A DNA stretch of 64,000 nucleotides. Origin: Eledone cirrhosa. Its lineage: Eukaryota. Below, piece by piece: positions 1 to 12,370 of the stretch. A program made the position numbers and the translations under genes. The notes beneath the pieces are model-generated. The model had not been told where the DNA came from. It searched no databases and worked only from the letters and a program-made list of their open reading frames with translations. The stretch spans positions 261,330,001 through 261,394,000 of the forward strand of contig OZ024742.1 of assembly GCA_964016885.1 (NCBI GenBank). The letters run 5' to 3'. Position 1 is the first letter of the stretch; every line of letters begins with the position of its first letter.

Positions 1-47
1 ACGTTCTGAGTTCAAATCCCGCACAAAACAGCTACCAAGACATTTAT

Positions 48-172
48 GGTCTGAGTTCAAATCCCGCCGAGGTTAACTTTGCCTTTCATCATTACGGGGG
101 TCGATAAAATAAAGCACCAGTAATGCACTGAGGTAATTGCTGGCCTTGTGCCAAAAGTAGAAACAATTATTT
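48..172 (+). mobile_element. tRNA-derived SINE family A, 5'-truncated copy (extra B-box fragment at 1-22)
   Basis: B-box-like GAGTTCAAATCCCG, body GCCTTTCATC..GGGGTCGATAAAATAAAG, tail GGCCTTGTGCCAAAAGTAGAAACAATTA shared with more than 12 copies in the window. Confidence 0.85.
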
Positions 173-759
173 AAATTATGTAAACATTTTTGATTGTTTA
201 CATACAATTGAATTATGTCTAGATCATTTTATTTTTGGGAAAGGCTGTGCATTCTAATAAATATTGCCTGTACAGGTAATAAAAGTGTGTATACATTTTT
301 TGGGGCATCCTGAATATTTGGCTACTTGCTACCGTAAGAAATATGGAGCCTTTGGTACCGGATGTGTTTATTCACGAATACAAAAGCAGTCAAACATAGT
401 TTGTATATCTGGGAAAGTATTATACCTCTTAGCTTCTATCTCTAGCCTCCGTTTTATTACTATTATTTATTTCCAAGAATAAATTGTTTTCTGATACCAA
501 AATGGAACTTCCTACATAGCAAAGAAACAAAAGGTTTAGAATTAAAGTTTTATTCACGTCATTGTTGTTGGTGAGTGAATTCAGCTGCAATACGTGTATG
601 GAATTTGGTTTTAATTCAGTTCATAAGAACAAAATCATTGTTAGATAGTGGAAATATTTGATTTCTTTATTGTTGTTGATGATAGCTCTAGTAAGTTATG
701 TGAGAAAATAAATCAATGAAATTATATTTTAGCCTCTCTGTTACGACGCCATTATAATT

Positions 760-940
760 TTGGCAGTATCGGTAGAGGGTCGGACGCCATGCTTTTCAGC
801 ATAGTTACGTCCCTTTACGGTCTGAGTTCAAATCCCGTCGAGGTTAACTTTGCCTTTCATCCTTACGGGGTCGATAAAATAAAGTACCAGTAATGTACTG
901 GGTAATTGCTGGCCTTGTGCCAAAAAGTAGAAACAATTAT
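760..940 (+). mobile_element. tRNA-derived SINE family A, near full length
   Basis: A-box-like TGGCAGTATCGG, B-box-like GAGTTCAAATC, conserved body and AT-rich tail; aligns by eye with 11822-12014 and 56425-56615. Confidence 0.9.
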
Positions 941-1344
941 AATTAGAAACAATTATAATTGACTCTGAATATAACTATTTTTGAAATCCATACCAATAAA
1001 GTGTTTAGCAATAATATACGTTATACTTCTTTTTATACCTACATACATACCTACACATTTACCTACCTTCCTTCTCTGCCTATTTACCTACTTTCTTTCG
1101 TTACCTACCTGCCTTTCCTACTTATTGAAATACTTGCCTAGCTACATATCTTCCTACATACCTACATAAACACCTCCCTGTCTAACTACCTATTAACCTG
1201 CCCACCCACATTAACATCCACCTACCTACCTGCCTGCCTACCTACCTACCTAGCTACCTACCCACCTACCTACCTACCTACCTACCTACATACATACATA
1301 CATACATACATACATACATACATACATACATACATACATACATA

Positions 1345-1730
1345 CATGATGGCTGTCCTTCGTTATCGAGTATGGTCATTGCACGATATACCATTATTAA
1401 TAATTATTAATTAATTCTATCGTGCAATGCCTGTGCGTGAAGATATTTTTTAAAGTGAGGAAAGACTGTGCACTGAGCCAATCCCACTCCCTGAGCGACA
1501 GTATCTATAACCCGAAAAGAAGAAAAGATCAGCATGATCGGTAACTACTGAGCGGCAGGTTTTATATCAGAGTTATCCCAGTTTCCTGAGTTGCCTTCTC
1601 CTAGAAGAATGCCCTGACAAAGGCTAGGGGTCCTTCACTTCCAGTGGTTTAACCGGGCGGTACATGTCTATATACATATTTACACACTTTGGGATGGCCG
1701 TTGACTCTTATGAGTTCTTCGGCCCTTACA
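1345..1730 (-). mobile_element. RTE-derived short non-autonomous retroelement, diverged
   Basis: Reverse complement ends ...GACCATACTCGATAACGAAGGACAGCCATCATGTATG(TATG)n, matching the RTE 3' end at 39490-39530; internal blocks match 19150-19320. Confidence 0.7.
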
Positions 1731-1744
1731 TGCATACATACATA

Positions 1745-2146
1745 ATGGCTGCAACTTGATTTCGAGAAATGCCATCGCTTGATACTTAAGCATGAGCATT
1801 ACGGACATGGCTTGTTACCTGCATACGGACAGCTATGCCATGCAAAGCAAAAGATGTCACATTTAAGTGAGAAAAGGCTTTGCACGGAGCCAATCCTACT
1901 CTTTGAATATCGAATGCATTTACCCAAAAAGTAGACATCATTGGATACAAACGAAGCCGCAGGTTTTATATCAGAGTGAGCTTCTCCTAGAGAGATGTCT
2001 TAATGAAGACTAGGGGGTCTTTCACTCCACTGCCTACCCCCTAAAAATACTTTATTGGATGGCAGTTGACTCATCTGAGTTCCTCCACTCTTACACGGGT
2101 TTTCTTTTTCATCCCACAGGGTGTCCCAAATCACCCTCCCCACCAA
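1745..2146 (-). mobile_element. RTE-derived short non-autonomous retroelement, second diverged copy
   Basis: Same block order as 1345-1730 (GGAGCCAATCC, GCAGGTTTTATATCAGAGT, CTTCTCCTAG, GTTGACTC); CACCCTCCCCACCAAG matches 19045-19065 inverted. Confidence 0.6.
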
Positions 2147-2930
2147 GCAAGCGTTCACAAAAGAGCTACATATTTAACAGTGGAGCAAAATGATAACGCC
2201 TTTCTCAAGAGGATGTATTCAATCAATAATGAAACGGATACCGTAACACAGCCTTTATGCGCTTAAAACATCAACATACTGTTTCTTTTTTACCCAAATC
2301 ATAACTTTATACCAGTGCTTCTCAAAAGTTCAGGTCACATTCCTCCACTTGAGATCCCAGGTTTCATCATTACTCCCCTCCCTCCACTCCCCACCGCCCC
2401 AACCTCCCACCACACACACACACAAACAAACAACTATTGAAAATTGCCGAATACTTTTACAGTGTTAATTATTAAAACAATGTATTAAAGTAAATTAATT
2501 TATTAATTTTTTGCGAAATATTAATTCGTGATCACCCTTATCGATGTGTATTTCATTTAATATATACACAATGTTCACTATAGCTGGGTATATTGTTATT
2601 TCATATATACACAAGTTACACTATTCTTTCCCAGTTTCGATTCCTCCTCTCACTAATATTTATCCTCAGTTCCTACACTGAGAAGCAACTGCTTTATACT
2701 GTCAGAAGTAGTATGATATTGGGGTTATATGGTGCTGATGCTTTTTCTAATGAATTGATACCTTTTCTAAAATTCACTCTTAACATCCACGAAGAGGCTC
2801 CTTCGTTTGTTCGCAGGGTTGTCTTTTAGTTGCACAATTTTATGTTCCTTGAAAGAAAGGACATATACACACGGACATACATAATACCTGTATTTATGTA
2901 TTTATCGATGTATTTTATATATATATATAT

Positions 2931-3844
2931 ATACTATAAAGTATGTCCATAGAATCATTTGATAATATATATACGCCATTTCCTCTCTCAATTAGCATAA
3001 TTAACCACACAAAAAATCAATTATACCAGGCTATAAGATTAAAAGGCACCTATGAAGAAATAGTAGATAAATAAACGACAGCAATCTCTTCGCGACCAAC
3101 CGCCATAGAATATTTACCCAACATTTCAACAGCACGTGGAAATCGATTCAATGCCGTCAACCATACACAATTAGGTATAAAATTAAAGTTATAAGAAAAT
3201 ATGCATATACACATACCAGGATTACGTTTCTCTACCCTATGGTTTCGTTCGCTTTTGGAAATATCCTATTAAAGATAACATCTCGAGCTTCGAACTCATC
3301 AGGAAACAAACTCATTTGGACAAAGGATTTTCTTAAGTGATCCCCGCCAGAAACGAATTCAAAATGGCTAAGAACTGTGACGTGGCAGTGGTCAAGTCAG
3401 AAAGAATGTGATTGGTTGCTTACGGCGAGTGGGCTTGTTGCTAGAAAGCGCAGCCCAATATTGCCCAAATTGCATCTCAACCTTATGGGAGATTATTAAA
3501 TATAAAGATTTACATATACACAAACTAGACAAAGTCACAGATATATATGTTTCGGCAACCATTCACGATGTGGCTCAATGATGAATTAATAAATTAAATA
3601 ATCAGAGCAATATACTATAAAGTATGTCCATAGAATCATTTGATAATATATATACACCATTTCCTCTCTCAATTAGCATAATTAACCACACAAAAAATCA
3701 ATTAGACCAGGTTATAAGATTAAAAGGCACCTATGAAGAAATAGTAGATAAATAAACGATAGCAATCTCTTCGCGACCAACCGCCATAGAATATTTACCC
3801 AACATTTCAACAGCACGTGGAAATCGATTAAATATACCATCAAC

Positions 3845-3850
<6 letters not shown>
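2931..3850 (-). mobile_element. Small element with ~237-bp direct repeats (2931-3167 / 3612-3850) enclosing a hammerhead ribozyme; Penelope pLTR or retrozyme-like
   Basis: Near-identical direct repeats, (TA)n at both outer ends; internal 3330-3510 recurs inverted at 37350-37545. Confidence 0.65.
3226..3307 (-). ncRNA. Type I hammerhead ribozyme (predicted)
   Basis: Minus strand: gtttc CTGATGA gttcg[long stem]cgaac GAAA cc atag gg TA gagaaac; intact core, G-C closed stem II, ACC/GGT stem III, GUA cleavage triplet, 4-bp stem I. Confidence 0.7.
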
Positions 3851-3903
<53 letters not shown>

Positions 3904-3913
<10 letters not shown>

Positions 3914-4020
3914 GGCTTCTACAGGACTAGAACTGTTCCATTCGGGAGAAATCACCAGGAAAGCCCTGATGATTTCTCCTGAATGAAACAATTCTAGTCC
4001 TGTAGAAGCCATTTCTATAT
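3904..4020. repeat. ~115-bp palindrome made of two inverted, partly degenerate hammerhead motifs
   Basis: Arms ATATAGAAATGGCTTCTACAGGACTAGAA... and ...TTCTAGTCCTGTAGAAGCCATTTCTATAT; CTGATGA at 3966-3972 followed by GAAACA...TGTA. Confidence 0.75.
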
Positions 4021-4096
4021 TAAATATCTATACTTTGCTATGTATTGAGTACCTTACTTACTGTGGTTACCCCCGATTGAACCCGGGATAAACATA

Positions 4097-4262
4097 TCTA
4101 TACATATATATAAAACTGAAATTGTCTCTGTGTGTGTCCTAATTTTTACAAAGTCTATACAAACCCACATTTCTACTCCGATTGACTTCAAACTTCTAAA
4201 GATATTAACTGCAGCTTTTATTTTTAAATTTTCTGTTGTTAAAGGGGTGTTAGGCGCCGGTT

Positions 4263-4347
<85 letters not shown>

Positions 4348-5568
4348 AGTCTGTCTTTTTAGATAGATACATAGCTATAACGTCGCGCTCTTATAATATC
4401 TGTCTGTATGTCTGGCTGTCTGCATTACAACATTATGAAAACATTTTTCTCATTGCTGACGTATTATCTTCGCTATTTACCGTTCATTACCAGGGAACGT
4501 CTTCACGAACCAAAGTATCGTCTTTCTGTTTTCCTTCGGCTGCAACGTTTTTCGAAATATTTACTTCTGCGTTCACAGATTGATTTTTTTTAGCTTCAGA
4601 AGATCCCGTTAAGGGTGAAAGCAGCAATTCTTTGCTTAAACTGTAATCTGTTATTTTAATATATATATATAATTATATATTCGTGTACAGATATTTTTGC
4701 ATACACAAAAACAAAATATAAACAAACGTATTTATTTCACGAAAGCACAGACGGCTTATCGTCATTGTTACTGCCGATATGCCACCCAAAAAGTCCCACT
4801 ACTTTTGGCACAAGACCAGCAAATACATAGTCAACGGTTCGGAAATCACATGCATCACTGACGAGTTTACTCCTTACTCTACAAGTTAGTCTTAGTGCAC
4901 TTCGCCCTGCTTTTAGGTCATGCCGCGAAGGAAGAGATACTCCATTGGCCGAAATACTGCGAAAAAGAACAAGGCGGGCGAACGAATCGTCAGTGGAGTC
5001 TGCTATTCGACACTTGCAAGATGCTGAACGTACTGCCACCAGAAGAGCACTTGAAACAGAAAACCAACGAACCATTCGCCGAACCGTGTCAGCTTTGCAA
5101 TGTCTATCAACAAATCCCAGGATCAGACCCTAGCTGTTGGTGGTCTTCTTTTGGAAGAGTCATGTTTTTCACACGAGCAACTATACGTTGGCTGCTCAAG
5201 AGTGGGAAGGAAGACAAATCTCTTTGCATATGCCCGACATGGAAGAACAAGGAGGTGCTACAATCATTGTTTAGGTAGACAAGGCAGAAGGGGATATACA
5301 CGGTTGGCTGAAGAAGGACGAGACTGTGTTAGTAGTACGACCAACGGCTGCTGTCACACCAAAAGCAGTAAAAACAACAACAAAAAAGAGAGGGAACGCA
5401 ATTACATGCTTTTTAAAAATCTTAATGGAAAATTATTTGCCTAAGCACAAAATGTAGACACCATCCCCAGGCCGAGGAATTCCATACTTCTCTGTATTGT
5501 TTCAGAAAGGAGGGATAAACATGCCAATCTATGGTTAGAAGCCCGAGCAACGCCGGGCGATTCTGCTA

Positions 5569-5569
<1 letters not shown>
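4097..5569 (+). mobile_element. Internally deleted Helitron carrying RepHel remnants
   Basis: 5' A|TCTATAC.., 3' hairpin CCCGAGCAACGCCGGG then CTAG|T at 5566-5570; helicase-motif coding remnant inside. Confidence 0.8.
4920..5260 (+). pseudogene. Helitron RepHel remnant: basic/coiled N-terminus joined to PIF1-family helicase C-terminal motifs
   Basis: MPRRKRYSIGR / RRANESSVESAIRHLQDAERTATRRALE, then FAMSINKSQDQTLAVGGLLLEESCFSHEQLYVGCSRV, matching Helitron helicase motifs (AMTINKSQGQTL...FSHGQLYVA.SRV). Confidence 0.8.
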
Positions 5570-5602
<33 letters not shown>

Positions 5603-5604
<2 letters not shown>

Positions 5605-6673
5605 TATATAAATTGGAAGTGGTCGGTCGTTGTATATTTAAGTAAGTAGGTGTAGTCGGATAAACGTCGAAACGGCTTGGTGGAATGCAGCGAACATTTA
5701 CACAGTTATGCAGAATGACCCGAGGAGGCGTTGGGTCGACTTTCAAGCTACAAACTTCCATGGTTAGGGAGAAAATCTATGAAACAGGAATTTCCCATTC
5801 AAATTGAACTGAGAGTAATCTGTGAACGCAGAAGTAAATATTTCGAGAAACGTTGCAACCGAACGAAAGCAGGAAGACGATATTTTGGTTCGTGAAGACG
5901 TTCCCTGGCAATGAACGGGAAAAAAGCGAGGATAATACGTCGTTATGTGGAGCGTGAAGAACAATTTCAAGCAAAGACAAGACCAAGTTTATGGTATAAA
6001 TGGAGTCGTTAGACTAATATTCTATTTAAAATAACAGAATGATTTCCAGCCCCGGAGTTTAAGAATGATGTAAATAAAATTGAAATCGAAAATGACAGAG
6101 GTTATTAAAATAGTAAAAGTAAATAGTGAAGATTTAGGCCAGTACATACGTATGCCCCGACGGACATACACATACATACGCACACACAAATACATACTCA
6201 CCCACAAACACACACACACACGCATGCACGCACGCACGCACGCACGAGTATGTATAAACCTTATGCATTTCTACAGTATTTTCACCAAACTTAAGACATA
6301 GGTTACTTATGTACTCCGGATGGTCATGGGCACTTTCATTTTTCCAGATATTGATTATAGGGCCTCCCGGCAATAACCACCCTTCTTGGAGTCGATTGAA
6401 GCACTGCAGTGCAATACAACAACACGTCATAACTTCTGGAGTTCGCAACCGATTTTCACAAAACTTGACACATGGGCTGTTTGTCCTACAGATGAATGTG
6501 AACTCTCAGAATTGGCACATATTGAGTAGGGGACCCATGGGGGCAGGAACCCCCTTTTGGAAAAAGCCGATGATTTTGTAAAAGTATAGTTTTCGAAGCA
6601 GCACTGAAGTATTGACATAAATGGTATACCAACTGCTATTTAATACCCGAGCAACGCCGGGTACCTCTGCTAG
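5603..6673 (+). mobile_element. Non-autonomous Helitron (second family)
   Basis: 3' CCCGAGCAACGCCGGG + CTAG|T at 6670-6674; 5760-6673 recurs inverted at 34373-35295; 5' boundary uncertain within (TA)n. Confidence 0.75.
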
Positions 6674-6782
<109 letters not shown>

Positions 6783-7562
6783 ATAAGCATGCAAGCAGTG
6801 TGTGAGAGAGAGAGAGAGAGAGGGGTGCGTCTACAGCATACATACATACATACATTTATTCATTTATTAAGAAACAAAGAAAACAATTTTTTTCTCTCAT
6901 TTAACCACGAACTTCAATATCACACAGCATTGTTACAAGACTTTTATTAAATATAAACAAAATTTATAGTGCCAGCCTGTTGTCATGGTGACGTGACGTC
7001 ATTTGCGACAACGTTGTGACGTCTGTGGTGACAGCGATGTGACGTCTGTGGTGAGAGCGATGTGACGTCATTTGTTAGTGTCAACAGGAGATGAGTCAAT
7101 TGCTAATTTAATTACCAGCTTTACTTGAAATATTTCGAAAGCCAACACACGTGTACAAATATATATACATACATATATACATACATACATACACACATAC
7201 ATACATACATACAAACATGCCTACGCACGCACATACACACATACACACACAGTGATACACTACCTCGCACACATACGAACAAACACACACTCACGCACAT
7301 ACACTTACACATATATATGCATACATATGCACTAATACAGATACATACTTATATACATGCACACACACACATACATACATACATACATACATACATACAT
7401 ACATACATACATACATACATACATACATACGTAGATAAATATATATATTTACCAATGCATACAACATTTGCACTCACATCTACATACATGCACATACACA
7501 CGCATGCATACGTACACATATAAACTCATATACGCACACATTCATACACATACATGCATACA

Positions 7563-8380
7563 TGTAGCGAAATCTATCCGCGCCTTGAACCTTGGGTGAC
7601 ACCGAAAGGTCAAATTCTGGGTCATTACCCTTTTGGTGTTAACAGGTTGATGCGTTGGCTATCCCCCCAAGGTGGGAGACAGGAAGTGACAGCTATATAT
7701 AGAGCCTGTATCATCCTACTTTAGACAGAGACATCGGAGCGCTAGGATACATAACAAATTATGTAAAGATTAACGGCTAACTTCAGACCCCAGAGGTCTA
7801 CAGAAAAGGAGATGCGTCGGAGCATTACACCTGTAACAAACTATGTAAGGATTTACTGCTATCAATAGACGCCAGTGGTCTACAGCCAGAGACATCGGAG
7901 CATTACGCTAGCAACTAACTATGTAAGGTTCACTGCTATCAACAGACCCCAGTGGTCTACAGAAATACACAGAACGATTGGAGCCCTATTACTACAGAAC
8001 ACAAATGTGGAAGATTTACCGCTGTCTGCAGGCCTCTGTAGTTCACAGTTACGACAGACCATAACAGTGGTATACAAACCATATCTCTCTCCCTCTTACT
8101 AACTAGGGTCTCACAACTATTACCACGGACTCCAAATAACAACAACAACATTATCTGTTTGCTCGCTGTTTTCACATCAAAAACATTGTCAACCTTAACG
8201 ACTCTTGGTAACTTTTTTATATGTACTTTTTAATTGGTTCACGTGAAGCAAACCATATATAACCAAAACATTTATTATTATTATAGTTATTTCATCTAAC
8301 AACTCTGTTATAATCATTTCTAATAACCACATATATTCATTCTATATAAATTACTCATAACATACCCTTCGTTAAATACA
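7563..8380 (+). mobile_element. Solo LTR
   Basis: TGTA...TACA termini, TACA on both flanks (4-bp TSD-like, but in a microsatellite), TATA-like TATATATAGAG near 7695, internal tandem subrepeats; second copy inverted at 51763-52320. Confidence 0.7.
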
Positions 8381-8429
8381 TACAAACATACATGCACATA
8401 AATACTTACATACATGTTAATTGAGTGTG

Positions 8430-8514
<85 letters not shown>

Positions 8515-8687
8515 TTCTATTGTGCATATATTTACACAGTATGTTCAGTGAAAATACTTTCTTTCAAACAATATACAGTTGAACATCTGAGAGACAACTA
8601 ACTCTCGAACCAACGAAGGAGCTTCTACATGGTCACACAAACTGCTAAAAATATCAGCCAAACCAGCCTCCAATTACACTCTAACCG

Positions 8688-9305
8688 TTAGAGTGTCAAG
8701 CATACAGCCCGCAGGGGCATGCTTCCCTTTACAAGCACACCTGAGGCCCGCACAAAGGTTTATAGCGATTATTTGTTGGTCGATGTTGGTAGTGGATTGA
8801 TTGAGTTGTGGTGTTAATTCGTTTGTTGCGTGTGTGCTCCCTTGTAACTTGCTGTGTCGTGCGGCCACTGTGGTGTGATACAGTGTGACCAGAGGTTGCA
8901 TGTGTGCAGGTAACTGAGTAAGTGTTCAATAAGATGATGATGATATGATAGTTTCTTGATCACGCAGAAAATGAATATATATAAATGAACCACGATGACA
9001 CAAACCGCTATGTTAACTTTGCCTTTCATCCTTACGGGGTCGATAAAATAAAGTACCAGTAATACACTGAGATAATTGCTGGCCTTGTGCCAAAAGTAGA
9101 AACAATTATTAATTTATTGAAAATAACTCACGCAGGAGCTATACTAAAAATAGACAGGGATTATATACGTTATTTGTTTGTAAAAGTAACGTAATAAAAG
9201 TAAAGTAATTTGTTTATAAAAGTAGAATTATATTGTATTTACCAAGAAAACTACATAAACTTCACTGGCTTGGTTAGGAGAGAGACCAAGAGATAGAGAT
9301 TGGGT

Positions 9306-9388
<83 letters not shown>

Positions 9389-9752
9389 AGGGTCTGTAGA
9401 AAGCAAATGTTTTACATCATTACTCTATCAGGAACTGCTTCGAACTGCCTTTTGCTTGGTCTAAGACAGGCTATTTATATCTGTCGCTTCCTCTGTCCCC
9501 TGCCTTGAGAACCACAGGAGTGACCTCCAGAGACTTGTTTACGCCAAAAAGGAGGTAACCCAGAATTTGACCGTATAATGACACCCCGGAGTCAAGGTGT
9601 GGACAAATTTCGCTACTGGTTTTTACACGCGAGCATGTTTTATCTTCATAAAATTTGTTGTAATGTGCGCAATTAGTTGTCGTATGTGGCCCTCAGACAA
9701 CACATATGTGACCTATGTGACCCTCGGGTGACCCTCAGTTTGACATGTCTGC
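8688..9752. mobile_element. hAT-type MITE or non-autonomous DNA transposon (contains a SINE A fragment and (GA)n)
   Basis: Left GTGTCAAGCATACAGCCCGC and right GTTTGACATGTCTG resemble hAT terminal repeats; CTCTAAC lies just outside both ends. Confidence 0.5.
9012..9110 (+). mobile_element. SINE family A, 3' half
   Basis: GTTAACTTTGCCTTTCATCC...GTAGAAACAATTA. Confidence 0.85.
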
Positions 9753-9929
9753 TCTAACATATTTTAAAAAAAGGCAGTATAATGACATTAGAGGCTAATG
9801 ATTCGAGGGTGAAAGTTTGTGAAGAATGTTATGTTAAATAACGAACGGTTTCAGACATATTCGACATTAAGCAAAAATTCACGGCATTTTCTTTGATATA
9901 ATGTTCAGGGAAATTCTAAATCGTAATCC

Positions 9930-10210
9930 ATTGGTACATAGTGTGTTGGATTTCCGTCGTTTCCAACGATGAGTGTTCCATTTGATACGATCAACCTGCT
10001 CGTGAAATTAACGTGCTGAGCGTTCAACAGAGACGTGTACCTTTAACGTATTCTCAGGGAAATTTAGCTGGCTCTTTGAATTACAAATACAACACTTTTC
10101 CCTCCTAAGTGGACTGAAGTAACGCGAAATAAAGTATCTACCCAAGGACACAACGCACCAACTGGAATCGAACTCCCTGCCTTACGATCCTGAGCCATGA
10201 ACCCAACCAT
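9930..10210 (-). mobile_element. tRNA-derived SINE family B (CORE-like body)
   Basis: Minus-strand B-box GAGTTCGATTCC followed by GTTGTGTCCTTGGGTAGATACTT; related copy at 41230-41530 and fragment near 62350. Confidence 0.65.
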
Positions 10211-10297
10211 TTATATATATGAGTGATATGTTTTTGACTCGAAGTTTAAATCCTAATACTATAGACTCTCATTAAACATACAGTTAGCAAAATATTA

Positions 10298-10864
10298 TCT
10301 ATATATCTAAAACAGAGAATGTCTGTCTGTCTGCCCCCCTAAAACTCGAGAACCACCCAACCGATTTTTTTCAATCTTTACACATGTAATACTTATGGTC
10401 GTATGAGTGTTTTGAACAAACAATATTTCAAATTTTCAATGCCCTAGGGACCGCATTAGGCGAAAAACCGATTTTTTGAAGCATTTTGGTTGCGTTAGGG
10501 CCTGAAACCTTAAAAGTATCCAACTAAATTCCTTCATGCTATCCACCACTGCAGTCCCACATGCTTACTGCTCTGTAACTATTGCTTTCATTGTACCATA
10601 GCACAACAAATACATGTTCGGTTTGTCGAATGCCTTTTTACTTAACCCTATCTTCTTGGCTTTCGTGAGTTGAACATTTTACTCTCAGACACCCAATTAA
10701 GTTAAACCCCTGGTAATCTACGACGAATTTTTTTTATAAGCACAAAAGGTAGACATCATCCCCAGGCCGAGGTATTCCGTACTTCTCTGTACTGTTTCAG
10801 AAAGGAGGGATAACCATGCCAATCTATGTTTAGAATCCCGAGCAACGCCGGGCCATTCTGCTAG
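10298..10864 (+). mobile_element. Non-autonomous Helitron with (CTGT)n near the 5' end
   Basis: A|TCTATATATC start, (GTCT)n, 3' hairpin CCCGAGCAACGCCGGG, CTAG|T; 3' ~125 bp shared with 5445-5570 and 5' ~145 bp shared with 13248-13410. Confidence 0.85.
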
Positions 10865-10879
10865 TCAATACTAAAACGA

Positions 10880-11052
10880 AGTTGATTTTGCAGAATCGTT
10901 AGAGCGCTGGAGAAAATTCTTTGAGGCATTTAGTTATGGCCCTTTCCGCTCTGAGTTCAAATCCCACGGAGGTTAACGTTGCTTTTCATCTTTCTGGAGA
11001 CAATAAAAGAAAGCACCAGCAAAGTACTGGCCTTGTGCCTCAATTAGAAATC
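10880..11052 (+). mobile_element. SINE family A, diverged
   Basis: CTGAGTTCAAATCCC..GGTTAACGTTGCTTTTCATC..GGCCTTGTGCC. Confidence 0.7.
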
Positions 11053-11239
11053 ATTATCTCCTTATAATATATAACCAGCAATTTCTCTGTCTGTCTGTCC
11101 GACAGTGGAAACACGTGCGCGCGTGCGAATGTTTTTTGCGCACGCGTAGAGAGAGAGTGAGAGAGTGAGAGTGAAAGAAAGAGACAGACTACAAGAGGGG
11201 GATAGCGGGAGGGAGAGAGGGGAGGAATTGAGGAGTGCT

Positions 11240-11394
11240 ACTGAAACATATATACATTTCTGTGTGTGTATAATATATATATATATATACACACACAGAA
11301 ATATATATATATACACACAGAAATATATATACATTTCTGTGTGTGTAATATATATATATATACACACAGAAATATATATACATTTCTGTGTGTG

Positions 11395-11437
<43 letters not shown>

Positions 11438-11463
11438 GAAATATATATACATTTCTGTGTGTG

Positions 11464-11500
<37 letters not shown>

Positions 11501-11585
11501 GAAATGTATATATATTTCTGTGTATATATATATATTACACACACAGAAATGTATATATATATACACACAGAAATATATATACATC
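11240..11585. repeat. Palindromic minisatellite, unit ACACACAGAAAT-ATATATAC-ATTTCTGTGTGT-(TA)n
   Basis: About 6 tandem self-complementary units; second array at 12135-12370. Confidence 0.9.
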
Positions 11586-11821
11586 CCTTAGCTACTGTAC
11601 TGTATCTGTTGCTATCTCTCCCTCTCCAGCTATCCCTCTCTTTTAGTCTGTCTGTTTCTCTCACTCTCACTCTTTCTCTTTGTAACACACTAACATTCCT
11701 CCCCTCTATCGCTGTGACGAATGGGGAGATGGAGGAGGAGGAGGAGGAGAGAGTCACTTCGTCACTTCACCTCTGCCTTTCTTTCTCTCCCCTCTCACTC
11801 CATCATTACGTACAGACATTA

Positions 11822-12014
11822 GGGCGGTGGATTGGCAGAATCTGTAGAGAGTCGGACACCATGCTTCATAGCATGGAGTTACGTCCCTTTACGGTCTGAG
11901 TTCAAATACCGCCGAGGTTAACTTTGCCTTTCATCCTCATGGGGTCGATAAAATAAAGTACCAGTAATGTACTGGGTAATTGCTGGCCTTGTGCCAAAAG
12001 TAGAAACAATTATT
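11822..12014 (+). mobile_element. SINE family A, full length
   Basis: GGGCGGTGGATTGGCAG head, B box, body and tail. Confidence 0.9.
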
Positions 12015-12134
12015 AGAAACATTGCTTCATTTTTACATATCTAAGCATTAGTAAAATAACTAATAATTTCAAAAGTAATTTTTCAATTCCAATTGTTATG
12101 AACAGCAAAACATTAATAATAATTTTGTTCTAAG

Positions 12135-12370
12135 AAATATATATACATTTCTGTGTGTGTAATATATATATATATACACACACAGAAATATATATACATT
12201 TCTGTGTGTGTAATATATATATATATACACACAGAAATATATATATATATATATACACACAGAAATATATATACATTTCTGTGTGTGTAATATATATATA
12301 CACACAGAAATATATATACATTTCTGTGTGTGTAATATATATATATATATATATATACACACAGAAATAT
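12135..12370. repeat. Palindromic minisatellite, second array
   Basis: Same unit as 11240-11585; runs into a Helitron-like head GGGCATTTCTCTGTTTGTC(TGTC)n. Confidence 0.9.

Noticed and set aside
6985-7075. Tandem GTGACGTC (CRE/ATF-like) motif cluster as an enhancer
   Set aside because: Short local tandem repeat with no linked gene in the window; function cannot be supported.
11822-11910. tRNA gene
   Set aside because: A/B boxes belong to a multi-copy SINE head; no complete cloverleaf.
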